The translations under genes and the position numbers were made by a program. Shown here in pieces: positions 48,716 to 59,430 of a stretch of 64,000 bases of DNA. The notes beneath the pieces are model-generated. The model did not search any database, was not told the origin of the DNA, and saw only the letters and a program-made list of their open reading frames with translations. The stretch is from Opitutaceae bacterium (GTDB lineage Bacteria; Verrucomicrobiota; Verrucomicrobiia; Opitutales; Coraliomargaritaceae). Position 1 is the stretch's first letter, and each line of letters starts with the position of its first letter. Location of the stretch: positions 32,001 to 96,000 of the forward strand of contig JBPOFY010000011.1 in assembly GCA_051252375.1 (NCBI GenBank). Direction: 5' to 3'.

Positions 48716-48878
48716 GGTAGAGGCGGTCGTCCCGACCGCCATTGCGGTGCGAGAGCCATTGTAATTTGCTCAACGACTCAAACGTGTGGCGATGGAGACC
48801 ATCGCCGCTACCTTAATTAAATATTAAGACTCATTTGAAAGCATTTGGTAGGGACGCCTGAGGGCAGACGTCCCTACC
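48716..48878. repeat. GTAG REP doublet (48716-48812) plus a collapsed REP (48847-48878)
   Basis: GGTAG...CTACC-bounded palindromes related to 4019, 27242 and 52389. Confidence 0.85.
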
Positions 48879-48941
48879 TTTGGCGTCAATCAATAGTTAG
48901 ATTGATTAGAATGTATAGCTTCCTACCATCGCCGCCCCCAC

Positions 48942-49835
48942 TCAACCAACAACCAGCCCCACGCTGACCAATACCCCGTAGCCCGCGACCACTTGCGCCG
49001 AACCTTTTAAGGCAGCTAGAAAATCTTCCGGAGTCTTCGCCGCAGGTAGGCGTCGTGCCAGCAATAAACTGTAGCCCACAGGCAGCCAGCCCAAGAGCAA
49101 CCACGACCCAAAACTACTCGCGCTGAGCCATAGCAGAACTGCCCCGGCTAACAGGCTAGAAACCACATACTGGCACAATGCATATTTTCGCCCAAGCAAC
49201 ACCACCAAGGTGCGCTTACGTGCCTGCGTGTCTTCCGCCACGTCACGATAATTGTTCACCACCAAGATATTGTTGACCAACAAGCCGCAGCTCAGACCCA
49301 GCATCAACGCATCCAAAGTCATCGTATGCGTTTGCACATAGAAAGTGCAGCCCACCGCGATCAGGCCAAAAAACAGCACCACAAAGACATCCCCTAGCCC
49401 ATTGTAGGCCAATGGATACGGACCACCGGTGTAGAGCCAAGCACAGGCCACGCTAGCCACACCAACCGCGAGCAACCACCAACCGCCCAACGGAATCAAC
49501 GCCAGACCGACACAAAACCCGATTGCCAACACTGCAATCGTTGCCCGCTTCATCACCACCGGCGTAACCAAACCAGCCGCCACCGCACGCTGCGGTCCGA
49601 TCCGCGCAGCGGTATCTGTTCCGCGAATACCATCTAAGTAGTCATTCGCAAAATTTGTCCCGATCTGGATCAACAATGAAAAGACCAAACAGATTACCGC
49701 CGCCAACCAGTTGAATCCGCCTACTGAAAAAGCCAACGCCGAGCCCAAAAACACCGGCGCCACCGCAGCCGGTAAGGTCTTCGGACGCGTCGCTTCCAGC
49801 CATATTTTGAAAGAGGACATCCGCACAGTCTGCAT
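48942..49835 (-). CDS. menA: 1,4-dihydroxy-2-naphthoate polyprenyltransferase
   Basis: RPKTL, NFANDYLD, YTGGPYP, VNNYRD...D...RKRTL. Confidence 0.93.
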   Translation of the reverse strand: MQTVRMSSFKIWLEATRPKTLPAAVAPVFLGSALAFSVGGFNWLAAVICLVFSLLIQIGTNFANDYLDGIRGTDTAARIGPQRAVAAGLVTPVVMKRATIAVLAIGFCVGLALIPLGGWWLLAVGVASVACAWLYTGGPYPLAYNGLGDVFVVLFFGLIAVGCTFYVQTHTMTLDALMLGLSCGLLVNNILVVNNYRDVAEDTQARKRTLVVLLGRKYALCQYVVSSLLAGAVLLWLSASSFGSWLLLGWLPVGYSLLLARRLPAAKTPEDFLAALKGSAQVVAGYGVLVSVGLVVG

Positions 49836-50054
49836 CCAACGTCACCGATCCGCCAAGCTCTTTTCTTGTTCTTCACAGCGACCGCTGATTCACGCCAGAG
49901 AAGCGCTTTCGAATATAAACCTTCCTTATTAAGCCAGTCAGTGTATGCTGCGCGAACAAGTTTATCTTAGTGGGGACCTCTCGCTGACTCTCGACCAACT
50001 CTGGTCGGTCCAATTCGGTCGCCTCTTCTGAGCCTAGCTCGATGAGGAGATCCT

Positions 50055-51257
50055 ATGGACAAGAACCACCCACTATCCACGGTGGAGGCGCAAGCGATTG
50101 CGACTCCCACCAACGCACCAACATGCAACACTGCGGAAACGTCGCAGTCGCCAACTAGCGAAACTTCTGTCCGACCAACGACAGCAATCGTCTATTGCGA
50201 AGCAAATTTTGGAGGAATCGACGGCAAAACTGCAAACGGTCTCGTCCGACATTCGGAGAAATACAAAATCCTCTCTATCATCGATAGCGAGAAAGCCGGG
50301 CAAGATGCCGGCACCGTTCTCGATGGCAAAGCAAACGGCATACCCGTCGTGCGAGATCTGGAAGATGCCCTCAAGCATGCGGAACAGTTGCCCGACTACT
50401 TCATCTTCGGCATCGCGCCAGCTACTGGCATGCTCTCGCCGATTGAACGCGCACTCTTACTAAAAGCCATCCGTCACGGCATGAATATCGTGAACGGATT
50501 GCACGAATTTCTAAATGAAGACCCAGAATTCATCGCAGCCGCGGCAAAAGCAAACGTGGTCATCCGCGATGTTCGCTGTCCACGTCCGAAAAAAGACCTG
50601 CGTGTTTTCAGTGGCCGTATCGCCGAAGTCACTTGCCCGCGTATTGCTGTCTTAGGCACCGACTGCGCGATCGGCAAACGCACCACCGCCACGGTTCTAA
50701 CACGGGCTCTCAACAAGCTAGGCATCAAGGCCGTGATGATCGGCACCGGTCAGACTGGCTTGATTCAAGGTGCCAAATACGGATTGGCGCTCGATGCGGT
50801 GCCTTCGCAGTATTGCGCAGGCGAACTAGAGGCCACCATCGTCGAAGCATTTGAAGGTGAAGACCCGGACATCATCTTTATCGAAGGTCAGGGCTCGTTG
50901 AGCCATCCCGCCTACTCGACCTCCAGCTTCATCCTACGAGGCAGTTGCCCGGATGGCGTGATACTACAACACGCCCCGAAGCGCCAACACCGCTGCGACT
51001 TCGAACAGATGGAAATGCCCACTCCTTCCTCAGAAATCAATCTCATCGAAACTTTTGCAGAGACGAAGGTCATCGGTTTAACGCTCAACCATGAGGATAT
51101 GTCAGACGCAGAAATCTCATCTGCCATCACACTTTACGAACTCGAACTAGGCATCCCTGCCACCGACGCCCTTAGCCGACCGACTCAGCGCCTAATTGAA
51201 ATGGTTCTCTCGGTATTCCCACAAATCGGAGGCAGAGTATCAGCCGGCGCAGCCTAG
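50055..51257 (+). CDS. DUF1611 domain protein (DgcN-like P-loop/N-acetyltransferase family)
   Basis: GKTANGL, VNGLHEFL, GTDCAIGKRTT, TGQTG, IEGQGSLSHP. Confidence 0.9.
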   Translation: MDKNHPLSTVEAQAIATPTNAPTCNTAETSQSPTSETSVRPTTAIVYCEANFGGIDGKTANGLVRHSEKYKILSIIDSEKAGQDAGTVLDGKANGIPVVRDLEDALKHAEQLPDYFIFGIAPATGMLSPIERALLLKAIRHGMNIVNGLHEFLNEDPEFIAAAAKANVVIRDVRCPRPKKDLRVFSGRIAEVTCPRIAVLGTDCAIGKRTTATVLTRALNKLGIKAVMIGTGQTGLIQGAKYGLALDAVPSQYCAGELEATIVEAFEGEDPDIIFIEGQGSLSHPAYSTSSFILRGSCPDGVILQHAPKRQHRCDFEQMEMPTPSSEINLIETFAETKVIGLTLNHEDMSDAEISSAITLYELELGIPATDALSRPTQRLIEMVLSVFPQIGGRVSAGAA

Positions 51258-52381
51258 TCGCGCCGCGACTGGAGATCGATCTCGACAAGATTTATCACAA
51301 CGCCTGGACGCTTGTCTCGCGACTCGGGGCACGCGGCATATCGGTCACGGCCGTCACCAAGGCAGCCCTCGGCTCAAAACAGATTGTTCAAGCATGGCTA
51401 CAAGCCGGCGTGGTCGGTCTCGGCGACTCGCGTATTGAGAATATCGATACAATGCGTCGTGCAAATATCGTCGCGTCGATGTTACTCGTTCGCTCGCCGA
51501 TGCTGAGTCAGGTCGATCAAGTCATCGAGCTCGCCAACCTCAGTTGCAACACCGAGCTCGAAGTCATCCGCGGGCTATCCGCCGCCGCACACAAAGCGAA
51601 TCGCACACATGGCATCCTGCTCATGGTTGAGCTCGGCGACCTGCGTGAAGGAATCATGCCCGCAAACCTTGAAAGTATTGTGCTATCAGTGCTCCAGTTG
51701 CCCAACCTTGAATTCGAAGGGATCGGTGCCAACCTCGCTTGCCGAAGCGGGGTCTCCCCCGACAGCCGTAATATGGCCGAACTCTCCGCCCTCGCCAATC
51801 AGATCGATGCCACATTCGGACCCATCGTCCACACCGTCTCCGGAGGCAACTCGGCGAATATCGATTGGGCTCTCAGTGGAGCCGACACGGGTCGGATCAA
51901 TCATCTTCGCCTCGGCGAGGCTTTGCTCCTCGGGCGCGAGCCACTGCACAGAAAAGTGATAGAAGGTCTGCACACCGACGCGTTCACGCTCTTCGCCGAA
52001 GTCATCGAATCGAAACGCAAGCCCACCCAAGCCTGGGGCGAGATAGCACAGTCAGCATTTGGCGAAGCGATTCCGAGCGACGACCAAGGCAGCATCACGC
52101 AGACCATCTTAGCAGTCGGCCGCCAAGACATCGACCCCGATGGTCTCACTCCACCACAAGGCATCTCTATTCTAGCAGCCAGCAGTGACCACCTCATCGT
52201 CGACTCAAGCAACTATCCTAATGAGCTCACAATCGGCAGCGAAATTCCTTTTCAGGTCAATTACAGTGCCCTGCTACGTGCCATGACATCCCCTTACATC
52301 GCCAAGGTAATGACTACCCCTGAGGCGAATGACACTACTTCACAGGATCTAAACGTTCCAACGAACCTAAGTAATAGCTGA
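51257..52381 (+). CDS. PLP-dependent alanine/ornithine racemase family enzyme; start codon uncertain
   Basis: In-frame region upstream of the ORF-track start reads VAPRLEIDLDKIYHNA...VTK (PLP Lys at 51359); also GDSR, ELGDLREG, SGGNS, RLGE, ASSDHL. Confidence 0.82.
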   Translation, partial: VAPRLEIDLDKIYHNAWTLVSRLGARGISVTAVTKAALGSKQIVQAWLQAGVVGLGDSRIENIDTMRRANIVASMLLVRSPMLSQVDQVIELANLSCNTELEVIRGLSAAAHKANRTHGILLMVELGDLREGIMPANLESIVLSVLQLPNLEFEGIGANLACRSGVSPDSRNMAELSALANQIDATFGPIVHTVSGGNSANIDWALSGADTGRINHLRLGEALLLGREPLHRKVIEGLHTDAFTLFAEVIESKRKPTQAWGEIAQSAFGEAIPSDDQGSITQTILAVGRQDIDPDGLTPPQGISILAASSDHLIVDSSNYPNELTIGSEIPFQVNYSALLRAMTSPYIAKVMTTPEANDTTSQDLNVPTNLSNS

Positions 52382-52388
52382 CGACGAA

Positions 52389-52464
52389 GGTAGGGACGCC
52401 TGCCCTCAGGCGTCCGCCGTGCATAGCCCCAACGAATGGACGCCTGAGGGCAGACGTCCCTACC
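52389..52464. repeat. GTAG REP doublet between convergent genes
   Basis: GGTAGGGACGCCTGCCCTCAGGCGTCC ... GGACGCCTGAGGGCAGACGTCCCTACC. Confidence 0.88.
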
Positions 52465-52478
52465 AATTACTCTCATAT

Positions 52479-53552
52479 TCACCCCGGAGGCAGCGCTTCA
52501 CTCAGGAAGCGCACAAAGTTCCCATACATGACATTCTTTACGTCTTCGTCGCTGTAACCACGTGATCGGAGCATCGCAGGTAGGCGCTGCATGTCGGCGA
52601 TCGAATTCAAATCCATCGGCGACTCCTCCAGTCCAAATCCTCCATCCAGATCCGAGCCGATGCCCGCGTGTAGCGAGTTGCCCGCGAGCTGACAGACGTG
52701 ATCGATGTGATCGACGATATGTTCCAGCTTCACCCCGACATCTTCCGGCCGAGTCTCCCATAGCACCCAGTCCGGAACCATCATCCAAGCGTCGAGCGAT
52801 GCACCAATCACAGCGCCGCGATCGATCAACTCCTTGAGCTGTTCGCAAGTGAACTGACGATTGTGCGGCACAAGCTTTCGGCAATTCGAATGACTTGCCC
52901 ATACCCGCCCTTGAAAGGTATCCATCGCTTCACGGAATGACTGGTCGCAGAGATGAGAAGCATCGAGAATGATTCCCAACCGATCCATTTCTTTGAGTAA
53001 CTCCCGCCCCTTAACGCCAATGCCACCGGAAGCATCCGTCCCCTGCGCATACGTCCCCGGTCCCAAATTCGCTGGACCGATCGCTCGCACACCCTGCTCG
53101 TATGCTCGCTCCACGTGCCCAATCGTCACCATCGAGTCCGCACCCTCCAAGCTGAGCACAAAGCCAATCGACTCAACCGCCGACGGGTCTTGCGCGCGAA
53201 CTTGCACCGCAGCACCCAGCTCTGCGGCCGTTTTAATCTGCAACAACTCGCCCGCTTCCTCCATGACGCGATACCACGCCAGCTGCCCCTGAGTCTGCGC
53301 CCAGGCTTGTTCGGGAGAATGCCAACCACGCAGGGGGTTACCAGGCTTGACGTAACGACCCAGTAAGGTCGCAACGCAAAGACCCACGCCGCCCTTGCGC
53401 ATCTCCGGCAAGCAAACCGTCCCATTACCACGACCATCACGATCCGACTCCCCCTGCTCGCGAGCGCGGATCTCATCCAATGGTAGCGTGTAATCACGAT
53501 TCCACTCCATCGCGTTCATACCCAAGTCAAGGTGTGCGTCAAAAATCAACAT
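52479..53552 (-). CDS. Membrane dipeptidase (peptidase M19 family)
   Basis: FDAHLD, LEGAD, DASHL, ASHSN, GSDLDG; start at MLIFD (53552). Confidence 0.9.
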   Translation of the reverse strand: MLIFDAHLDLGMNAMEWNRDYTLPLDEIRAREQGESDRDGRGNGTVCLPEMRKGGVGLCVATLLGRYVKPGNPLRGWHSPEQAWAQTQGQLAWYRVMEEAGELLQIKTAAELGAAVQVRAQDPSAVESIGFVLSLEGADSMVTIGHVERAYEQGVRAIGPANLGPGTYAQGTDASGGIGVKGRELLKEMDRLGIILDASHLCDQSFREAMDTFQGRVWASHSNCRKLVPHNRQFTCEQLKELIDRGAVIGASLDAWMMVPDWVLWETRPEDVGVKLEHIVDHIDHVCQLAGNSLHAGIGSDLDGGFGLEESPMDLNSIADMQRLPAMLRSRGYSDEDVKNVMYGNFVRFLSEALPPG

Positions 53553-53665
53553 ACCCCAGAAGCTGGGAGCACCCAAACAAGATAGCGAGACACCATCTCA
53601 GATTCAGAGGAATAGCTCCGGTAGCCATCCACTCACGCCTAACAACATCGACGAACGACGCTAAC

Positions 53666-54607
53666 TTATTGCGCTAAAGCCCGAGCGGTTTCGCAATCCT
53701 TTGTGATCTGCTCTTTCAAGGCATCGACGGAGTCGAACTTTTGCTCGGGGCGGATGAAGCGGAGCCACTCGACTTCGAGCGAGTCACCTGCGCTTAAGTC
53801 ACAATCTTCCAATGCGTGCACTTCAAGGTTGGGCGATTGATCGCCCTCTGAAACGGTGGGTTTGACACCGTAATTGGCGACACCGGATTGCCATGTGCTT
53901 TTTCCGGCTTCACGGTAGCGGACGTAATACACCCCGAAACGTGGAAGACACTCGGGGCTCCATGGCAGATTCAAAGTCGGAAAACCGATCTGACGTCCGA
54001 GCTTGGCACCACCAACAATTTCGCCGGCAGTTGTATAGTTATAACCTAAAAGATCGTTGGCCGCTTCGATCGCGCCGTCTTCCAGTTCTTTGCGGATACG
54101 TGTGCTGCTGATGGGCTCTCCATTGTGCTGGATGCGCTCCACACTGAACACGTTTAGCCCGAGAACTTTGCCTGACTGAATCAAGGTGGACACGTCCCCT
54201 GCCCGCTTCTTGCCGAAGCGAAAGTTTTGACCGATGTAGATGGCTTTCAACGCTGGTAAGGCGGCTTTCAACTCAGCAAGAAAATCCTCTGCCGGGATCG
54301 ATGCGAACGCAGCGTCAAAGTGCTTACGAATCACCACATCAACACCCACGGCATGCAGCATTTCGATTTTGGTATCGATGCCCATCATCAGTAGCGTCGG
54401 CGCATCCGGTCGAAACAAACGGCTAGGATGCGGATCAAAAGTTAACACACCGCTGATACCACCGGAACGTCGCGCGGAGAAAACAGCGGATTCAATCACC
54501 GCCTTGTGCCCTAAGTGCACACCATCGAATACCCCAATCGCCAAGTGCAACTCGCCGCGCAAAGCTGCAAGTTCTTCAAAAGAATCAACACTGGTGGGGA
54601 AGTTCAT
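53666..54607 (-). CDS. ribF: Bifunctional riboflavin kinase / FAD synthetase
   Basis: [37 protein letters not shown]. Confidence 0.95.
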   Translation of the reverse strand: MNFPTSVDSFEELAALRGELHLAIGVFDGVHLGHKAVIESAVFSARRSGGISGVLTFDPHPSRLFRPDAPTLLMMGIDTKIEMLHAVGVDVVIRKHFDAAFASIPAEDFLAELKAALPALKAIYIGQNFRFGKKRAGDVSTLIQSGKVLGLNVFSVERIQHNGEPISSTRIRKELEDGAIEAANDLLGYNYTTAGEIVGGAKLGRQIGFPTLNLPWSPECLPRFGVYYVRYREAGKSTWQSGVANYGVKPTVSEGDQSPNLEVHALEDCDLSAGDSLEVEWLRFIRPEQKFDSVDALKEQITKDCETARALAQ

Positions 54608-54610
54608 CGA

Positions 54611-55339
54611 CTACAGTGCGTGGCTTGGAACAGCTTGATTGATGGGGATCAATTGACGGCGCAATACAGAGGGCGACATCTTTTCGATTTCGTCGAGTGT
54701 ATTTGCATTTTCGATACTGAACTTGCCAACCACTGTGCGGCGCAATGCGCAAAGGTGTCCGCCGCAGCCAATCTTGTTGGCGAGATCATGCGCTAAGGTG
54801 CGGATGTAAGTGCCTTTGCTGCTGCCAACTACAAAAGAGATCTCGGGCAGGGCAAAGTTCGTCATTTCAAAACGGCTGACGTGAATCACACGCGCTTCAC
54901 GCTCGATGGTCTTGCCTTGGCGTGCCAATTTGTAGAGCGCTTGCCCGTTTACCTTCTTAGCGGAATACATAGGCGGCGTTTGATACTGATCGCCCATAAA
55001 TGTTTCCATGAGTGCGAGCACTTCGGCTTCGGTGATCTCCGGCACTGGCTTCTCAGCGACGACTGCACCTTCGGCGTCTTGGGAGTCAGTCTCTTGACCG
55101 AGGCGCACCGTGCCGGTGTATTCTTTAGCATGGCTCATCAGATACTGAGATACCTTGGTCGCTTTCCCCACCATGATTAAGAGGAGACCCGTCGCCATCG
55201 GGTCGAGCGTCCCGGCATGGCCAATTTTTTTAATGCGAAACACTTTGCGCATGCGTGCCACCACGTCGTGCGAGGTAATGCCTTGCGGTTTATCGACGAG
55301 GAGAATCCCCTCGGGAGCGTCAGATATTGGTTGAGTCAT
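54611..55339 (-). CDS. truB: tRNA pseudouridine(55) synthase
   Basis: [30 protein letters not shown]. Confidence 0.96.
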   Translation of the reverse strand: MTQPISDAPEGILLVDKPQGITSHDVVARMRKVFRIKKIGHAGTLDPMATGLLLIMVGKATKVSQYLMSHAKEYTGTVRLGQETDSQDAEGAVVAEKPVPEITEAEVLALMETFMGDQYQTPPMYSAKKVNGQALYKLARQGKTIEREARVIHVSRFEMTNFALPEISFVVGSSKGTYIRTLAHDLANKIGCGGHLCALRRTVVGKFSIENANTLDEIEKMSPSVLRRQLIPINQAVPSHAL

Positions 55340-55354
55340 AGCGTTTGCTTGAAA

Positions 55355-55417
55355 GTGAAACAGACATTCCTGTCTGTCGTCTAAAGTGGAAAGAACAGAC
55401 AGGAATGTCTGTTTTAC
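55355..55417. repeat. REP-like doublet inside the nusA-infB operon
   Basis: GTGAAACAGACATTCCTGTCTGT ... ACAGACAGGAATGTCTGTTTTAC. Confidence 0.85.
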
Positions 55418-55421
55418 AAAT

Positions 55422-56432
55422 TTAAGCCTCTGGCTGGCCGAGGGCTTCTAGGTGCTTGCCGAGGGCTTCCATTAGTTGCGGGTAGAACTCTTTGATGGAG
55501 CTGTTCTCCACATTCAAGCCAGCTGCACAAGCGTGACCGCCGCCGCCGAATTCCTTCGCGAGTTGATCGACTCGGTAGAAAGGATTTTTAGCACGGAGGC
55601 TACCTTTAAGCGCTCCGTCGCGGTCTTCGATCAAGACGCCGACATCGACGCCATCGATTGATCGGGCATAATCAACGAGACCTTCGGAATCATCGATCGT
55701 TGCACCGGTGGCATCGTAAACGCCGTTCTCGATCAGACCGACACAGACGCGGTTATCGAATTCCATCGTGAGTGAGTTCAGGAAACTCTGCAGCAATTGG
55801 ATTTTCGAAAAGCTCTCGCGCTCGTAGAGTTCATGGGCAGCTGCGGCGGGACGTGCGCCATGCTCGCAGAGACGACGCGCGATCTCGAAAGTTTCCGGCG
55901 TGGTCGAAGGGAAGCGGAATTGCCCGGTATCGGTGGCAATGCCGACGTAAAGTGCTTGCGCGGTGACGGCGTCGATCTCGTAACCAAGATCGAGGTAGAA
56001 GCCGGCCAGGATTTCAGCCGTGGCGGACGCAGTGGCGATGACGATATTTTGATCCGCATATTCACGGTTCGAAATATGGTGATCCACATTCAAGGCGACT
56101 TCAGGAAACAATTCATTGAGGCGATCACCGACGCGCTTGAAATCTGCGCAGTCAACTGTGACGGCGACATGCCCATCGGGCTCAAAATCTTTGGCCACAA
56201 ATAAAGGCGTATCTCCAACAAAGGCTTTCAAGGTGCCGGGCACTTCGTCGCGGTTCACACCAACGGCTTCGATGCCTTGGCTCTGGAGCACGCGCACAAC
56301 GGCTACGATGGAACCGATGCAATCGCCGTCGGGGCGCTGATGCCCGAGAACGGCGACTTTATGCCCCTTGAGGCTTTCGATCGCTTGCGCGAAAATGGGA
56401 CTTTCTACGGGGAAGAATTGTTGCTCAGCCAT
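55422..56432 (-). CDS. nrnA: DHH-family phosphoesterase (NrnA-like oligoribonuclease/pAp phosphatase)
   Basis: HQRPDGD, VDHH, TDTG, GGGH..AAG; lies between rbfA and truB. Confidence 0.88.
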   Translation of the reverse strand: MAEQQFFPVESPIFAQAIESLKGHKVAVLGHQRPDGDCIGSIVAVVRVLQSQGIEAVGVNRDEVPGTLKAFVGDTPLFVAKDFEPDGHVAVTVDCADFKRVGDRLNELFPEVALNVDHHISNREYADQNIVIATASATAEILAGFYLDLGYEIDAVTAQALYVGIATDTGQFRFPSTTPETFEIARRLCEHGARPAAAAHELYERESFSKIQLLQSFLNSLTMEFDNRVCVGLIENGVYDATGATIDDSEGLVDYARSIDGVDVGVLIEDRDGALKGSLRAKNPFYRVDQLAKEFGGGGHACAAGLNVENSSIKEFYPQLMEALGKHLEALGQPEA

Positions 56433-56775
56433 TGTCTGTATCTGTATCGAGTTCGTCTAGAATATCGAGGATGCCAGCGCCGCGTTCGAGCGAGGGATCG
56501 TAAAGGTATTGGATCTTAGGAAAGAATTTGAGCACCACTTGCTTGCTCACGCGCTGGCTCAGTTCCTTACCAATACGGCGAAAGAAGACTTTAGCCTCGG
56601 CGATTGCTGCGTCATCACCCAACACCGAATAAAACACCTTCGCATTTCGAAGGTCCACCGAAGTCGAGACATCACTAATAGTGATGGGTGCCGCATCGCT
56701 GCGGTAGTAGCGCCGCATTTGCTCGCTGATTTCGCGTTGAAGCAACTCGTTAACTCTGGAAATTCGTTTGGACAT
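56425..56775 (-). CDS. rbfA: Ribosome-binding factor A
   Basis: [21 protein letters not shown]...Y.YD. Confidence 0.95.
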   Translation of the reverse strand: MSKRISRVNELLQREISEQMRRYYRSDAAPITISDVSTSVDLRNAKVFYSVLGDDAAIAEAKVFFRRIGKELSQRVSKQVVLKFFPKIQYLYDPSLERGAGILDILDELDTDTDNG

Positions 56776-56864
56776 ATATGAAAGGGATGGGACCTAGCTG
56801 CCGGCTGGCATCAAACGCCAAGCGCAAGCACTCCACGTTGAATGATGAAAATATATCTAAGCGA

Positions 56865-59378
56865 TTAGCGAAGTGACGGACGGAGCTCTTCGACCTCGAA
56901 GCACTCGATTGTATCGCCTTCTTCATAATCTTCGAATCCGGAAACGTGGATACCACACTCGTAGCCTGCACGCACTTCCTTAACGTCGTCCTTAAAGCGC
57001 TTGAGTGTATCGATCTTGCTCTCGTGCACGAGCTCGCCACCACGGAGGAGACGGGCGATGCAGTTGCGCTTGATCGAACCTTCGGTGACCATACAACCCG
57101 CAACATTGCGGCTCTTGCCCACGGAGAACACTTGACGAATCTCGGCACCGCCAAGTTTCTTCTCGCTGAATTCCGGCTCAAGTAGATCGGCCATCGACTC
57201 TTCGACCTGGTCGATGAGTTCGTAAATAATTTCGTGTTGGATAATCCGAACATCGTGATGCTTCGCAAGGCTCTGCACGCCGTTATCGAGACGAACATTG
57301 AAACCAACTACGAGTGCACCACCTGCACTAGCAAGCGTGATGTCGTTCTTAGTGATGTGACCAACGCCTTTGCTGATGACATCAAGATCGACCTTGTCGC
57401 TTTCGATGCTTTGTAGCGCATTGACCAATGCTTCGGTCGAACCATGCACATCGGATTTCACAATCACGCGCAGGCTTTTCTTCTGCTGGTTTTCAATCGC
57501 GGCGAAAAGATCTTCAATCGTTGCTGCACCGGACTCTTTAGTAGCGGCATCGCGAGAGGCGGCTACTTCGAGCTTACGAGTTTGCATCTGATCTTCAGCT
57601 GCGCGCTTAGCGATTTTTTCGTTTTTCTCAGTAGAGAAACGCTTACCAGAATCAGGCACGTCTGACCAACCGGTAACCTTCACAGGTGTGGCTGGGGGTG
57701 CTGACTTGAGGATGTTGCCATCCGCATCGGTCATTGTCTTCACCTTACAGTAAACTTCACCGCAGAGTAGAGAATCGCCCTTCTTCAGGGTGCCGCGCTC
57801 GACGATCACAGTGGCAGTTGCGCCGCGACCTTGTTCGATTTGTGATTCGATCACGATGCCCGAAGATGGGCAGTCGGGATTGGCCTGCAACTCAAGCACT
57901 TCGGCTTGGAGCAAGATCATATCGAGCAGATTGGAAATGTTTGTGCCGTTGATCGCTGAGACTTCAACTGCGATGGTTTCGCCGCCCCAGTCTTCGGGCG
58001 CAATGCCCTTCTCTTGCATCTGCTGCTTCACGCGGTCCACGTTGGCGCCCTTCGCATCAATCTTGTTGATCGCGACGATGATGGAGTTGTTGGCCTCCTT
58101 AGCAAATTTGAGTGCTTCTTCGGTTTGCGGTTTGAAAGCGTCGTCCGCTGCAATCACGAGGATCGAGATGTCGGTGACGTTGGCACCACGTTCACGCATA
58201 AGCGAGAAAGCGGCGTGACCCGGTGTATCGATGAAGGAAATCTTGTGGTCGTTGTGCTCGATTTGATACGCGCCAATGTGCTGCGTGATACCACCGGCTT
58301 CGCCGGAAACAACGTTGGCTTTGCGAATCGAGTCGAGCAAAGTGGTTTTACCGTGGTCGACGTGACCGAGGATACAAACAACCGGAGGACGAGGCTTGAG
58401 GAAACGAGGATCGTCGTCAGATGGCTTAGCTGCCTTCTTTTTCTCGTTCTTGTCTGCCTGTGTTTCACCACGGTGATGAATCTCTAACTCAAATCCATGA
58501 CGCTTTGCGATCTGCAGAGCGACACTCTCTTCGATCGTCTGATTCATGGAGGCAAAGATGCCCAATTCCATGAGTTCGGAAATCAGCTTGAAAGGCTTGA
58601 GACCAATTTCGCCGGCAAAGTCACGAACCACAATCGGTGGTTTAACATGAATGATCTTTGCAGCGGCTGCGGCTGCTTCAGTAGCTTCAGTGGCTTCGCC
58701 TTCGACTGCTTCTTCAGCGTTCTCGTCAACGACGGGCGCATCAGCCACAGGAGGTTTAGCGGAAGGTGGTTTTGGCGGACCAGCTGGAGTCGGTGCCGGC
58801 ATAGGCGGACCAGCTGGTGACGGAGCTGGCGGCTTCGATGCGGCTGGGGCAGATGCTGCTGCAACGGGCGGCGCTTTAACGACTGGTGGCACGCTGGCTG
58901 CAGGAGGTCCTTTTGGAGCAGCAGGTGGCACTTTAGCCACAGGCGGCGTTTTTGGCGCGGCTGGTGGAATTTTCGGTGCTGCAGGTGGCCCCTTTGGTGC
59001 TGCTGGCGGCGCTTTGGGCGCTGGAGCATCTGGTGCAACAGGCTCAACCGGCTTCGGTTTAGCTGCTTCCGCTGCTTCTTCCTTTGCCTTTTCACGCTCT
59101 TCACGCTCACGTTTTATGTCGGCCGCACTCTTCACAAAAGCGCCCGCCGGTAAAGACGGCGCTTTGGGTGCTTCAGGTTCGTCGACGACTTCGGGTTCGG
59201 CAGCTGATTCCTCAGCTCCCCCCTTTGAGGCAAACTCCTCTACGAGTGATTCGGCGGAGATATTGTCAATCGTGCTGGAAGCGCTCTTCACTTCGAAGCC
59301 ACGACTTTTAAGAAGCTCAATGAGCTCCTTATTTTCCATTCCGATTTCTTTGGAAAGCTGGTGTATACGAACACTCAT
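56865..59378 (-). CDS. infB: Translation initiation factor IF-2
   Basis: [26 protein letters not shown]; Pro/Ala-rich N-terminal linker. Confidence 0.98.
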   Translation of the reverse strand: MSVRIHQLSKEIGMENKELIELLKSRGFEVKSASSTIDNISAESLVEEFASKGGAEESAAEPEVVDEPEAPKAPSLPAGAFVKSAADIKREREEREKAKEEAAEAAKPKPVEPVAPDAPAPKAPPAAPKGPPAAPKIPPAAPKTPPVAKVPPAAPKGPPAASVPPVVKAPPVAAASAPAASKPPAPSPAGPPMPAPTPAGPPKPPSAKPPVADAPVVDENAEEAVEGEATEATEAAAAAAKIIHVKPPIVVRDFAGEIGLKPFKLISELMELGIFASMNQTIEESVALQIAKRHGFELEIHHRGETQADKNEKKKAAKPSDDDPRFLKPRPPVVCILGHVDHGKTTLLDSIRKANVVSGEAGGITQHIGAYQIEHNDHKISFIDTPGHAAFSLMRERGANVTDISILVIAADDAFKPQTEEALKFAKEANNSIIVAINKIDAKGANVDRVKQQMQEKGIAPEDWGGETIAVEVSAINGTNISNLLDMILLQAEVLELQANPDCPSSGIVIESQIEQGRGATATVIVERGTLKKGDSLLCGEVYCKVKTMTDADGNILKSAPPATPVKVTGWSDVPDSGKRFSTEKNEKIAKRAAEDQMQTRKLEVAASRDAATKESGAATIEDLFAAIENQQKKSLRVIVKSDVHGSTEALVNALQSIESDKVDLDVISKGVGHITKNDITLASAGGALVVGFNVRLDNGVQSLAKHHDVRIIQHEIIYELIDQVEESMADLLEPEFSEKKLGGAEIRQVFSVGKSRNVAGCMVTEGSIKRNCIARLLRGGELVHESKIDTLKRFKDDVKEVRAGYECGIHVSGFEDYEEGDTIECFEVEELRPSLR

Positions 59379-59430
59379 GAATGAGTTTTACTTTGAATCT
59401 TATTGTGGGCGGAACTACAGGGCGGTCGAA

